Shown here: positions 39,033 to 48,870 of the stretch, piece after piece
How the letters are laid out: the number at the start of each line of letters is the position of its first letter
How positions within the stretch are numbered: the stretch's first letter is position 1
From: an uncultured bacterium
GTDB lineage: Bacteria; Krumholzibacteriota; Krumholzibacteriia; LZORAL124-64-63
Assembly (NCBI GenBank): GCA_903859215.1
Contig: CAIOLW010000144.1
Location: 629-64,628 of the forward strand
Length of the DNA stretch: 64,000 bases
Direction of reading: 5' to 3'
Translations under genes and position numbers: made by a program
Notes under the pieces: model-generated
Seen by the model: the letters and a program-made list of their open reading frames with translations, nothing else
What the model was told of the DNA's origin: nothing
Databases searched by the model: none

Positions 39033-40553
39033 GCGGAACCGGCGCGCGAGGCTGAGGCGTTCCCGGATAACAGCCTGCTGGTCATGGCCGAAGCCGAGCC
39101 CGTATCCCGCCGCAAACACGACGATGACGGTCGGCACGGCCACCAGGACGAGCAGCGGCCATGACTCGATGACCAGGCCGGCACCGACCCGCCACGCCAG
39201 GTAGAAGAGCGCGCCCATGACCAGTCCTGGGCGCCAGATCGCCCCCAGCAGGCCGCGTGACTGGCCCTCGAGCGCCGCGCTCATGATGATCGGGTAGTAG
39301 AAGCTCAGCACCGACCGTCCCAGCATCTGACCCATGATGATGCCGGCCAATCCGTAGCGCTTCCCCAGAATGCACGCCGCGGCGATCCCGACCACGGCCG
39401 CCACACATCCGGCCAGCACCTTGCGCCGCATGTTCAGCGTGGCGTCGATCAGGAACGCATCAGCCCGGAAGGCGACCTGCTGCGCGATGGCTAGGACCAT
39501 CAGCAGGTTGATGCCGGAACCGCAGAATCGCTCGCGCCCCACCCAAAGCGCCACGAAGCTGGCGTTCAGGAGCAGAACACCGCAGCCCAGGACAAGCATG
39601 AACAGCCAAAGCACCGACATCAGTTCGCCCCGCACGCGCCGCGCCCGCGCGAATTCCCGCGTGCCGATGAGGCCGCCGATGCCGGGCACCGCAGCGTTGA
39701 CGATCATGGCGCTCGCATTGACGCCGATCTGCGCCGCGTAGAGCGTCAGCGTGTATTTCGTGACCTCATCGGCGCTCATGACGAGGCCGATGATCACGAC
39801 ATCCGAGAAGAGCACGAGCTTGTTGACGAGTGTCCACGAGAACACCCAGGCACTGAAGCCGAAGAACTTCCGGACGTCGTCGCGCGCCGGGCGCGCCACC
39901 CCGTACCACGGCACATCCCGTCGCGCGTTGAAATGGTTGATCGCACCGGACATGAACACGGCGAGGCTGAAGGCCACAGCGAGCCCGATGAGCCCGAGGT
40001 GCAGAAGAACGGCCGCCGCCAAGAGCGCGCCGCCCACGATCTCCGCCACGACCTTGGCGACGGTCATCCGGTAGCCGAGGTTGAGCCCCTGCAGGATCGC
40101 CTCGGGCACCTGGGCCATTCCCATGAGCATCAGGCGCAAGACCAGGATGGCGCACGTGATGCGGGCTAGCGGCAACATCGCAGGGTCCAGGCCTCGGATC
40201 AGGCGGGGCCCGAGCCAGACCACAGCAGCGCCCGCAAGCGCCACGATCGGCAAGAACATCATCCAGATCGTGATCGCACTACCTACCGAGCGGCGCTTCT
40301 CCTGGTCGTCGGTGGTGACCTGGCCATTGGCGAGCACCCACTTGAGCGCCTGCGTTGCGCGGCCCTCGGCAGACTCCACGTAGGTCAGGTACCGCTGGCA
40401 GATCTGCCAGATGCCGAAAAGCTCCCCGCCGAGCCCCGTGACGAGAATCGGATTGACGACGAACCCGACCACAATGCGCACTACGTAGATGAGGAAGGAG
40501 GAGCCTGCGTTCAGGACCGAGTGCTTCGTGAGGTTGTCCTGCATCTTCCTCAT
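39027..40553 (-). CDS. Second polysaccharide flippase (Wzx-like)
   Basis: From ATG 40553 (MRKMQDNLTKHSVLN), with LGGELFGIW, about 12-14 TM segments and SDVVIIG. Confidence 0.8.
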   Translation of the reverse strand: MRKMQDNLTKHSVLNAGSSFLIYVVRIVVGFVVNPILVTGLGGELFGIWQICQRYLTYVESAEGRATQALKWVLANGQVTTDDQEKRRSVGSAITIWMMFLPIVALAGAAVVWLGPRLIRGLDPAMLPLARITCAILVLRLMLMGMAQVPEAILQGLNLGYRMTVAKVVAEIVGGALLAAAVLLHLGLIGLAVAFSLAVFMSGAINHFNARRDVPWYGVARPARDDVRKFFGFSAWVFSWTLVNKLVLFSDVVIIGLVMSADEVTKYTLTLYAAQIGVNASAMIVNAAVPGIGGLIGTREFARARRVRGELMSVLWLFMLVLGCGVLLLNASFVALWVGRERFCGSGINLLMVLAIAQQVAFRADAFLIDATLNMRRKVLAGCVAAVVGIAAACILGKRYGLAGIIMGQMLGRSVLSFYYPIIMSAALEGQSRGLLGAIWRPGLVMGALFYLAWRVGAGLVIESWPLLVLVAVPTVIVVFAAGYGLGFGHDQQAVIRERLSLARRFRS

Positions 40554-42670
40554 GGCCTGGTCACGATTTCCAGCAACAATGCCAAACGCACCACGGCCTC
40601 TTCCGGTCCGGTCCGAGCGGAGTCCAGTTCGGCCACGACGGTATGATCCCCGATCGCCCCCCGGATGGCGGCGATGTTCTCCCGCACGTTCTCCACAAAC
40701 GCCGCGAAAACCGCGGGATCGCGCCCCTTGACGCGATGGTCGCGCGCGCGCTCGTTGATTCGCGCATTGAGGACCTCCGCCGGCGCATCGATGATGCAGA
40801 CTGCATCCATCGCCCCAACCAGCCGCAAAGCGGTGGAGCGCAGCCAGTCCCTCGCGCACGCTTCCCGGCCGGTACCCCGGCACTCGTTAACGACCCAGAC
40901 CAGCCCCGCCAGTGGTCCTTCGTCGAGCAGGAACGATCCGTACTTGAGGGTGTCGATCCGGTCACGCGCGGCCAGGAGGTCGGCTTGCGTCTCGATGACG
41001 AACATAGTCCAAGCGATGCGGGGCGGAAAGCCCTGTGCCATCCGCGTTACGAGTTGCGGCCACTTCCGCGCCAGTCGCCCGGCAGCAAAACAGCGATGGC
41101 GCCGGATCGCCAACCGCGACCGGAGCCCCGGCCTCCGGGGCTTCAATCCGTCCAGGAGAGTCGTCTTCCCGGCGCCGGGAGGGCCTAGGATCTCTACGAC
41201 GCGCTGGCGGGCGCCGATGGTGTCCCAGATGCGCTCGCGGATCGTCGCCTGGATAGCCAACAGGTCTCCATCGGCAGCAATGACCAGGTCTGTGACCGGG
41301 CTCCACTCGCGACTCCAGAGTTCCCCATTGCGCGCCAGGACGTACGCCTCGCCGTCCTCGGGCTTGCGCAGCGCAGCCACCTCGGGAGGCAATCTCAGCA
41401 CGATGCGCACGTCGGCTGCCGGCGAACTCGCGTAGGCGCGTTCCTCGCCTCGCGCCAGCGCGCCCAAAATGCCGCCCGTACCGAAGCGCGTCGCGATCTG
41501 GGGCGCGTCCATCATCGCTATCCCGGGCACGGGGTAACGGTCACACAGCACGATGGCACCTTGATCCCGCGCTCTTGCTGCCCACTGCAGGGCCCGCAGC
41601 CGATCACGGGCCAAAAGGTGATAGCCGATCGCCTGCGCCAAAGCCGGGTAGCGTTCGTGATCGATCCCGAGGACCGGCCGGGCGATCCGCAGGCACGCCG
41701 CCCACAGACGCCGCGCCGGGCCGGCCGGCGGCTTGCCATAGTGCAGGTTCACCACGGCGAAGTCGCCGCCCAGCCACTTGCGGATGGCCTTCAGGTTGGT
41801 CGTTTTGCCGGCGCCGTCGCCGCCAACCACCGCGACGATGATGCCGCCGCCGCGGGCGCGCTTTCCACCGACCCGCCGGCCGAGGCGGTTGCGCGCCGCC
41901 ATGGCCAGACGGCGCCCGACCAGGGTGAGCGCCGCGGGCAGGGGCGGCCTGATCGCGTAGCCGCCCAGGCACGCCGCAAGGGCGCCGCCCGCAGCCAGAC
42001 GTTCGCGCCGGGAGGCGTCACTGCGCAGCGATTCCTCACAGCGCTTCCAGACCGCGTCGGTTACCTGCGGCAACAGCATCGCCTTCGCGCGTGCGCGCGC
42101 CTCGTCGTCTGCCTGCTCCATGAGCCAGGCCAGTTCGCGCGCATCGCTCCCGGCCAGGCCCTGTGGGCCGCGCCCGGCGATGAAGGTGAGCCAGCGACGC
42201 GGCCCGCCGAGGAAGACACCCAGCAACCGCCGCTTGAGCGCCATCCGCGCCACGAACACGACGTATTCCCGGGCGGGGTCCGGCACCGGCAGCGGGCCGC
42301 ACCGGCGGGTGTCCGCCAGGTACATCGCCTCAACCGGCAGGTGGTAGTTCTTCAGCAAGTCGATGCCGACATTGAGCGCGTAGTGGGCATGGACATGGAC
42401 GATGACGCCGCTGTCGACGTCGAGCCCGTGGAAGTTGAAGATGCCGGCTGTCCAGGACTCGGTGTGCGAAGAGAACTGGCGGAAGCCGAGCGCCCGCAGC
42501 CGGGCTTCGAAGACCTGACGGTCACCCGCCGCAACCAGCAGGTCCAGGTCGTTGTCGCCGACGAACGCCAGGTGTAGGTTGCAGTTGCTCTTCCAGTGGC
42601 ACCAGGAGATCCGCGCCGCATCGAGATCGGCGGCCAGGTCCTCGACGAGCCGCAGCACGCACACCGTCAT
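40550..42670 (-). CDS. Nucleotidyltransferase-like domain fused to two P-loop NMP-kinase-like domains
   Basis: Start ATG 42670. N-terminal WCHWKSN...GDNDLDLLV (GxxDxD). Walker A GGDGAGKTT with CDRY (thymidylate-kinase-like). Second Walker A GPPGAGKTT with LLDEG. Confidence 0.75.
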   Translation of the reverse strand: MTVCVLRLVEDLAADLDAARISWCHWKSNCNLHLAFVGDNDLDLLVAAGDRQVFEARLRALGFRQFSSHTESWTAGIFNFHGLDVDSGVIVHVHAHYALNVGIDLLKNYHLPVEAMYLADTRRCGPLPVPDPAREYVVFVARMALKRRLLGVFLGGPRRWLTFIAGRGPQGLAGSDARELAWLMEQADDEARARAKAMLLPQVTDAVWKRCEESLRSDASRRERLAAGGALAACLGGYAIRPPLPAALTLVGRRLAMAARNRLGRRVGGKRARGGGIIVAVVGGDGAGKTTNLKAIRKWLGGDFAVVNLHYGKPPAGPARRLWAACLRIARPVLGIDHERYPALAQAIGYHLLARDRLRALQWAARARDQGAIVLCDRYPVPGIAMMDAPQIATRFGTGGILGALARGEERAYASSPAADVRIVLRLPPEVAALRKPEDGEAYVLARNGELWSREWSPVTDLVIAADGDLLAIQATIRERIWDTIGARQRVVEILGPPGAGKTTLLDGLKPRRPGLRSRLAIRRHRCFAAGRLARKWPQLVTRMAQGFPPRIAWTMFVIETQADLLAARDRIDTLKYGSFLLDEGPLAGLVWVVNECRGTGREACARDWLRSTALRLVGAMDAVCIIDAPAEVLNARINERARDHRVKGRDPAVFAAFVENVRENIAAIRGAIGDHTVVAELDSARTGPEEAVVRLALLLEIVTRP

Positions 42671-43923
42671 GCCGCACCCCCGCGGTTCTCGAGGTGAGCG
42701 CCCACGATGCCCAGCATCATCCACGTCACGCGGCTCTCGAGGCGGTCGCCGAAGAAGAACAGGACAGCCAGCGAGACGACCAGGCCGACCATGATCCCCG
42801 GAGCGCCTTCGGACCGCGACCGGCGGCACTCGGCAAGGAGTCGCCGCGCAAGGTCGACGAGAACATTGGCCACGACGGCGAGCCCGACGATGCCGAAGGC
42901 CACGAGCGCGCCGAGGTAGGTATTGTGGGGGTTCCAGATGCGGCCACCGCGGATGGCAGCGTCGATCACCGACATCTCGCGCCCCAGTCCCACGCCCGTC
43001 CACGCGAACTCGCGCCAGTGCCGGAGGTAATCGGCCCAGATGAACAGGCGCACGTTGTCGCCGGAAACGGTCTGCGACCTCTGGAACAATTGGTCGAACA
43101 CCCCGCGCGGCGTCGCCAGCAGGACACCGGCGCCGATGACCACGGCCATCACCACGTACCGCGGTCGCACCACGCGCAGCGACGACAGGGCGAAGACTCC
43201 CAGGCCGGCGGCGACCGCCACGATGGCGCCCCGCGATCCGGACATGAGCAGCAGCACGAACGCGAACACGAGAGCGATGGCCGCCGCCACGGAAACGGCC
43301 GGGGTACGCGACCGGTCCATCAGCGAGGCAAGCGCAAGCCAGGCGAGGATGACGGTGACCTCGGCAAACGCGTTCGGGTTGCTCATGCCGCCCGAGAAGC
43401 GTTCACCGCCGGCAAGGACGCCTCCGGCATCGCCAAGCGTCACCAGCGCCAGGAGGCTGGCGCCGAGCGCCCAGGTCATCGCGCGGATCTCCCGCGCGCC
43501 GCGGATCTGCGTGGCGAGCGCGAACGGCAGGAGCATGAACAGCAGGTTCTTGACCAGCAGCGAGGCGCTCGAGTCGCGGATGCTCGTCTTGACCCCGAGG
43601 TCCACGACGATCGGCTGCCACGACAACTCCCCGGGATGGATGACCACCCAGGTGATGAAGTTGTGCGCCAGGACGAAGACGACCATCGCCGCGTACGCCC
43701 GGGGCATCGCATGCCACCGGCGACGGCTGCGGAAGACCCAGTCCAGGATCAGCCCCATCAGCGCGACGTTGAAGAGATGGGAAAAGACGGCGCCGAAGCC
43801 CCCGGCGAACTCGGACGACCAGGGAAGTGCAAACGCGAGAAGCGCCAAGAACGGCAGGACGACGATGCGATCGATGGCCATCGGTACGCGCAATGACTGC
43901 TGCGAGACATCGGCCATCGTCAA
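42667..43923 (-). CDS. O-antigen ligase / Wzy_C family membrane protein
   Basis: RFSGGMSNPNAFA, SGSRGA, R..IW, GVGLG and NPHNTYL motifs; multiple TM segments. Confidence 0.88.
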   Translation of the reverse strand: MTMADVSQQSLRVPMAIDRIVVLPFLALLAFALPWSSEFAGGFGAVFSHLFNVALMGLILDWVFRSRRRWHAMPRAYAAMVVFVLAHNFITWVVIHPGELSWQPIVVDLGVKTSIRDSSASLLVKNLLFMLLPFALATQIRGAREIRAMTWALGASLLALVTLGDAGGVLAGGERFSGGMSNPNAFAEVTVILAWLALASLMDRSRTPAVSVAAAIALVFAFVLLLMSGSRGAIVAVAAGLGVFALSSLRVVRPRYVVMAVVIGAGVLLATPRGVFDQLFQRSQTVSGDNVRLFIWADYLRHWREFAWTGVGLGREMSVIDAAIRGGRIWNPHNTYLGALVAFGIVGLAVVANVLVDLARRLLAECRRSRSEGAPGIMVGLVVSLAVLFFFGDRLESRVTWMMLGIVGAHLENRGGAA

Positions 43924-44885
43924 GCCCGCTGCCGCCCGTCAGTGACCTTCATCCAGGCGAACGCAGCGGCGAAGGAAAGGACCAGGCCGGCCAGAACCAC
44001 CGGGCGGCGCTGCGGCCAGAAGTGGATCATAGGCACCGAGGCGCGGTCAAGCACCCGGAGCACCGGCATCTGCGCCGAGTCCTGGATCTTGACGAGTTCG
44101 TACTGCCGCATCAGGTCGCCGTAGACCCCGCTGCTCAGGTTCAGGTCGCGCTCGAGGCGGCGTTCATCGAGGGCCAACCGCGGCGACTGCCGGGCGTCGC
44201 GATTCTGGACCTGGAAGTACTGCAGGCGCTCCTCCTGGACCGCGAGGCTGTCGGTGATGCTCGCGATGCGCTGTTCCAGCAGGCGCCGCTGCATGCGGAC
44301 CTCGCCGGCCATCTCGCTGCCGAAATAGCCCTCGATCTCACCGAGCAGGGCATTGACCATGGCGGCGGCGAAATATCGGTTCCGGTGTTCGTAACTGATG
44401 GTCACGACGCCGGACTTGATGCTCTTCGTGGCCTGGATCTTGTCCTGCAGCGCGAGGCGTAGTTCATACAGTCTGGTCGAATCGGCAGCCTGGCCGTGCA
44501 GGAGCACGTCGCGAAGCGTCCCTTGGCCGAACGGGTGGTTGATCGCGGCATCGAGGATGCGGTCGCTGCGCACGACAGCCGGGTACAGGTCCGAGGAAGT
44601 CCCCCCCGTGCCGAGACCCGCCAATCCCGCGAGTGAGCCGAAGGACGACAGCATGCCGCCGACGCCGCGCTGTTCGGCGGGCGGCATGATCGATGCCTCG
44701 GCGCGGTAGCGCCTCGGGAGAGCAAGCGCCAACGCGATGCTGACGACGGCTCCCAGGACGAGCGCCACCGCGAACAGGCGCCGACGGCGCCAGATATCGC
44801 GGGCGAGCCCGGCAAACATCTCGGCAATCGTCGGTTCACCGCTTCGGTCATCGGTCATCGGTTCGCCACTTTCCGCGTTCGTCAA
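43920..44885 (-). CDS. Polysaccharide chain-length determinant (Wzz/GumC-like, no tyrosine-kinase domain)
   Basis: N-terminal TM segment then Y.A.ASIMPP, a coiled coil, and VLDRASVP...WPQR before the C-terminal TM segment. Start at 44885 or 44858. Confidence 0.85.
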   Translation of the reverse strand: MTNAESGEPMTDDRSGEPTIAEMFAGLARDIWRRRRLFAVALVLGAVVSIALALALPRRYRAEASIMPPAEQRGVGGMLSSFGSLAGLAGLGTGGTSSDLYPAVVRSDRILDAAINHPFGQGTLRDVLLHGQAADSTRLYELRLALQDKIQATKSIKSGVVTISYEHRNRYFAAAMVNALLGEIEGYFGSEMAGEVRMQRRLLEQRIASITDSLAVQEERLQYFQVQNRDARQSPRLALDERRLERDLNLSSGVYGDLMRQYELVKIQDSAQMPVLRVLDRASVPMIHFWPQRRPVVLAGLVLSFAAAFAWMKVTDGRQRA

Positions 44886-47242
44886 TTCGTCCGATTAATA
44901 ACCAACCAAACCGTAGCCACCCCCGCCAGAATCCCGCTGATCTCCTTCAGCTTCGCCAGCGTGCTCTCGCCCTCGGGCGGCGCCTTCTGCGGCACGATGA
45001 TCGTCGAGCCGGCCAGCACCTTCGAGCCGTGCTTGTTCGGCAGCGACGCGCCGTTCGGCCACACCACGCGCGACTTGCCCTTGTCGGCCTTCTCCAGGTA
45101 GCCGCCGGCGCGGTCGACGTACCAGTTGATCTTCCGGCCCTCTTCCCACACCAGGCTGGTGGGGAAGCCCACCTGGCCCACCACCTTCACGGTGAACATG
45201 CGGTCGGGGATGATCACTTCGTCGCCGGACTGCAGGATGATGTCGTGTTCGGAGCCGGGCTCGGCCAGCGCGTCGACCAGGTTGATCGCCACGTTGCCGA
45301 CGTTGTCCTGCGCGCGCTGCACGCGGGCGCCCTCGGGATACGCGTCCGGGCGCAGGCCGCCGGCGCGGGCGATCATCGTTGAGAGGCGCTCGTCCTTGCG
45401 TTCGAGGCTGAACTGGCCGGGGAAGAACACCTCGCCGCGTAGGGTGACCGTCTGCTGCAGTTCCCACCACGGCAGGCGGCGGATCGCGACGCGGTCGTAG
45501 GGCTTCAGCAGGAAGCCGTCGTCGCGCGTCAGGAAGTCGGCGCCCAGGGGCACGCGGATGACCTCGACGGTCTGCTCGGGCCGCTTGGTGATGTCGGTGC
45601 TGGCGGCGGCGTCCGCCAGCAGGCGCGACACCTCGGCCTGCATCAGGTTGGCGCTGTCCTTCATGCCGCCGGCCTTCAGGACCAGCTCGCGCAGGGTCAT
45701 GCCCTCGCGCCACTGCGGCTCAACCGGCTCGAACACCTCGCCCGAGATGTACACCTGCGGCCGGCTCTTGAGCTCCCACCGCGCGAACACGTGCAGCATG
45801 TCGCGCGATTGAAGTGGCACTGGCTCGGCAGTGCCGTCCAACGGCACGGTCACCGACAGCAGGTCGCCCGCGGGCGTCGTGCGATCGATGATCGCCTTGT
45901 CGGTCATGGCGTCGGGCCACAGGCCGCCGGCCATCGCCAGCAGGTCGGTGACCGTCAGGCCTTCGCGGAACTCGTAGCGGCCGGGCACCTTCACGCTGCC
46001 CTTCACGTCGACGTAGCGGTCCAGGCGCTCGGTGATGGCGTCGACGACGACCTGGTCGCCGTCCAGCAGCTCCACCGGCTTGCCCTTCGACGACACGTCC
46101 ACGAACACATGGTCCGGCTGGCCGTCGCGGCGGTCGGCCGGCGCCAGCACGCGGCGGATGTGCACCGGGTCGGGCACGGCCTCGGGAGCCAGGCCCCCGG
46201 CGTAGCCGAGCAGGTCGGACAGCTTCTCGCCCGCCTTCATCTCGTAGTACATCGGCCGGCGCACCGGGCCCAGGATCTGGACGCGCCGCTGGCGGTCCGG
46301 GATGTAGACGGTGTCGCCTTCCTGCAGCAGGCGGTCGCCCGTGCGCGCGCCCTTCGTCAGGTACTCGTACAGGTCCAGGTGGGCGACGACGTCGGTCCCG
46401 CGCATCAGCCGGATGTCGCGGAACGAGCCCGTCGCCGCCGGGCCACCCGACGCGTACAGCGCCGTCAGCACCGTCGAGGCCGAGCTCAGCTGGTACGAGC
46501 CCGGCCGCACGGCCTCGCCGATCACGTAGATGCGGATGGGCCGCAGCTGGCCCAGGGTCACCTCGACCTGCGTGGCGCCCTTGCCCTTGTCCTTGCTGTC
46601 GATCGAGGCGTGGCTCTGCGCCAGCTGCGAACGGATCGAGGCGCCGGCCTCGCTCAGCGTCCTTCCTGCGCAGGTCACCTTGCCGGTGCGCGGCAGGATG
46701 ATGCAGCCGTCGCGGTCGACGACGCGGGTCATCTGGAAGTCGACCTCGCCCCACGCGTGGACGACCAACTCGTCGCCGACGCCCAGGCGGTAGTCCGGCG
46801 ACACCGGCCCGAAGCTGGGCGGCTGGAACACGCCGGCGTCGAGGCGGAAGAAGCTGGCGCCGAAGGTGGCGTTGACACTAGTGGCCGCCGAATCGGCGGC
46901 CGTTGCCTTGGCCTGCAGGCTTTCCAGCTGGGACATCGGCAGCACGACCTGAGCGTCGGTGTCGCGCCAGGCGCCGGTCGGGTTGGTGTCGTCGATGCCC
47001 TTGATGGAGGTGCGGCCCGGCTCTGTCGCCGGCTCGGCGGCGCTCTGCGCCGCCGCTGGGGCGCCGCCACTGGCCTCATAACGGCGCAGCAGCTCCTCGC
47101 GGCTCAGCCCGGTGCGGCGGGCAGCCTCGTCCAGCATGGCGGCATCAGGGGTCTGGGCAATCGCCGGCAGGACAGCCGAGACAGCCGCAAGGATGGCCAC
47201 GAACGCGGCCAGGACGGTCATCGCGTAACGGGATTTGCGCAT
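44882..47242 (-). CDS. Polysaccharide export protein with multiple SLBB domains (Wza/KpsD-like)
   Basis: DYRLGVGDEL export motif and repeated V.GEV..PG.Y...AGG SLBB units, with a signal peptide. Confidence 0.92.
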   Translation of the reverse strand: MRKSRYAMTVLAAFVAILAAVSAVLPAIAQTPDAAMLDEAARRTGLSREELLRRYEASGGAPAAAQSAAEPATEPGRTSIKGIDDTNPTGAWRDTDAQVVLPMSQLESLQAKATAADSAATSVNATFGASFFRLDAGVFQPPSFGPVSPDYRLGVGDELVVHAWGEVDFQMTRVVDRDGCIILPRTGKVTCAGRTLSEAGASIRSQLAQSHASIDSKDKGKGATQVEVTLGQLRPIRIYVIGEAVRPGSYQLSSASTVLTALYASGGPAATGSFRDIRLMRGTDVVAHLDLYEYLTKGARTGDRLLQEGDTVYIPDRQRRVQILGPVRRPMYYEMKAGEKLSDLLGYAGGLAPEAVPDPVHIRRVLAPADRRDGQPDHVFVDVSSKGKPVELLDGDQVVVDAITERLDRYVDVKGSVKVPGRYEFREGLTVTDLLAMAGGLWPDAMTDKAIIDRTTPAGDLLSVTVPLDGTAEPVPLQSRDMLHVFARWELKSRPQVYISGEVFEPVEPQWREGMTLRELVLKAGGMKDSANLMQAEVSRLLADAAASTDITKRPEQTVEVIRVPLGADFLTRDDGFLLKPYDRVAIRRLPWWELQQTVTLRGEVFFPGQFSLERKDERLSTMIARAGGLRPDAYPEGARVQRAQDNVGNVAINLVDALAEPGSEHDIILQSGDEVIIPDRMFTVKVVGQVGFPTSLVWEEGRKINWYVDRAGGYLEKADKGKSRVVWPNGASLPNKHGSKVLAGSTIIVPQKAPPEGESTLAKLKEISGILAGVATVWLVINRTN

Positions 47243-47332
47243 GGGCGGGCCCTCCCTGGCCCGGGCGCCGGCACGGACAGGCCGCGCGGCGCCGGCATCA
47301 TGCCGCAGGGGGACCGTGCGGTCAAGCGCTCC

Positions 47333-48658
47333 TCAGTCGGAAGAGCGCGGCCGCGAAAAATCGGGGTACAGGGCCTTGATGCAGTCCGGGCAGACGCCGT
47401 GCGAGAACTGCGCCCCGGTGTGCCGGGCCACGTACGACTCCACCTGCTCCCAGTAGCCGGTGTCGTCACGTACCTTCTTGCAACTGGCGCAGATAGGCAG
47501 AATTCCCTGCAGGTCGCGGATCTCGCCCAGGGCCGCCCGCAGCTCGCGGATGGTCTCGTGGCGCTCGGCCTCGGCCAGCTTGCGGGCGGTGATGTCGTTC
47601 ATCACGGTCAGGAAGTAGGTCTTGCCCTGGTTCTCGATGATTTCCCCGGAGAACAGCCCCACCAGGATCCGGCCGCTCTTCGCCCGGACCCTCAGTTCCT
47701 CGTCCCGGACGCTGCCCGTCTCCCGGAGGATGTTGGCGACGCGCAACTGCTCGTCATGGTCGACGAACAGGTTCAGGTCGGGGGCCCTTTTCCCGATGAC
47801 CTCGGCTTCCGTGTAGCCCAGCGTCCTCATCCAGGCTTCGTTGACCTCGATGAAGACCTGCTCGGGGATGTTGCTGACGGCCATCGGCGCCGGGTTCATG
47901 CGGAACAGGCGGTCGAACTTCTGCAGCGCCTCCTGTTCGTGGCTGATTTCCCGGCACAGCCCGACGATGCAGTCCACGCCGTTCCAGCGGCCCATCCAGA
48001 CGCGCGTTTCCACCGGCACCAGCGCGCCCGACTTGTGGCTCAACGGCAACGGACACGCCACCCGCGCGCCGGCGAACATCTCGCCCAGGATCTTGGCCGC
48101 TTCTTCCCGCACGAATTCCGGGTGCAGGTCCAGGATCCGCATGCCCAGCAGCTCGTCGGCGCTGTAGCCGAGCGCCTCGGTCGTGGCCGGGTTGGAGTAC
48201 ATGACGCGACCGTCGAAATCGCCGATGAGCACGATGTCGGAAATGCTTTCGACCAGCGCGCGGAAGTTGTCGTCCGTGCTCGCGACCTCGACGGCCGCGC
48301 ACACGACGTAGCTGGCGTCACCGTTGCCGATGGTCGTCGGGGTCTTCGTGATCTCCATCAGGCGCCGGACGCCCTGCGCGTCGGGCATCCACTCCTGCGT
48401 GACAATGGTGGCGCCGGCGGCGAGCGCCGCGCGCGTCGACTGCTCGCACACACTGGCGACGTCCGCAGGCCAGCGGTCCCGCAGCGGGCGAAACTCCAGG
48501 TCGCTCCGGCTGACACCCAGGAAGTCGGCGTGCCGCTGGTTGGCGCGCCCGTACGTGCCGTCAGCGGACAGGAACCACATCTGCACCGGCACGGAATCGA
48601 GCAGGGGGGCCTGCTGCTGCCAGTAGTCCTGAAGAAGGTCTGTCTTGCCGTTGCTCAC
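47333..48658 (-). CDS. Multi-PAS sensor protein with C-terminal Cys/His zinc-binding domain
   Basis: Three PAS/PAC-like segments (for example NPATTEALGYSADELLG and NEAWMRTLGYTEAEVIG), then LPICASCKKVRDDTGYW...FSHGVCPDC. Start GTG 48658 (AGGAG RBS) or ATG 48679. Confidence 0.85.
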   Translation of the reverse strand: MSNGKTDLLQDYWQQQAPLLDSVPVQMWFLSADGTYGRANQRHADFLGVSRSDLEFRPLRDRWPADVASVCEQSTRAALAAGATIVTQEWMPDAQGVRRLMEITKTPTTIGNGDASYVVCAAVEVASTDDNFRALVESISDIVLIGDFDGRVMYSNPATTEALGYSADELLGMRILDLHPEFVREEAAKILGEMFAGARVACPLPLSHKSGALVPVETRVWMGRWNGVDCIVGLCREISHEQEALQKFDRLFRMNPAPMAVSNIPEQVFIEVNEAWMRTLGYTEAEVIGKRAPDLNLFVDHDEQLRVANILRETGSVRDEELRVRAKSGRILVGLFSGEIIENQGKTYFLTVMNDITARKLAEAERHETIRELRAALGEIRDLQGILPICASCKKVRDDTGYWEQVESYVARHTGAQFSHGVCPDCIKALYPDFSRPRSSD

Positions 48659-48835
48659 GCCTTGCGCTCCTGACGCCATGACCCCTCGAAACCGCACCGT
48701 TCCCCCCACTGAGGATAACCGGTAACGTTGAAATAAGCGAGATCCTTATCGTCCCATAACGCATTTTTCCATACGCATAACCCAAATTCCCAGACATGAT
48801 TCCCACCCGTTTTCGACCCGGAACCGGAATCCAAT

Positions 48836-48851
48836 GGCAAATGCCGTGCCC
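48836..48851 (-). promoter_or_regulatory. Probable sigma-54 promoter upstream of the PAS gene
   Basis: Minus strand GGGCACGGCATTTGCC = GGCACG-N4-TTGC, in an AT-rich divergent intergenic region. Confidence 0.5.
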
Positions 48852-48870
48852 ATAACTGTATTATCGCGAG

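Noticed and set aside
48750-48860. Short CCATA/CCCA direct repeats in the PAS/oxidoreductase intergenic region
   Set aside because: Too short and irregularly spaced to call as operator sites or iterons.
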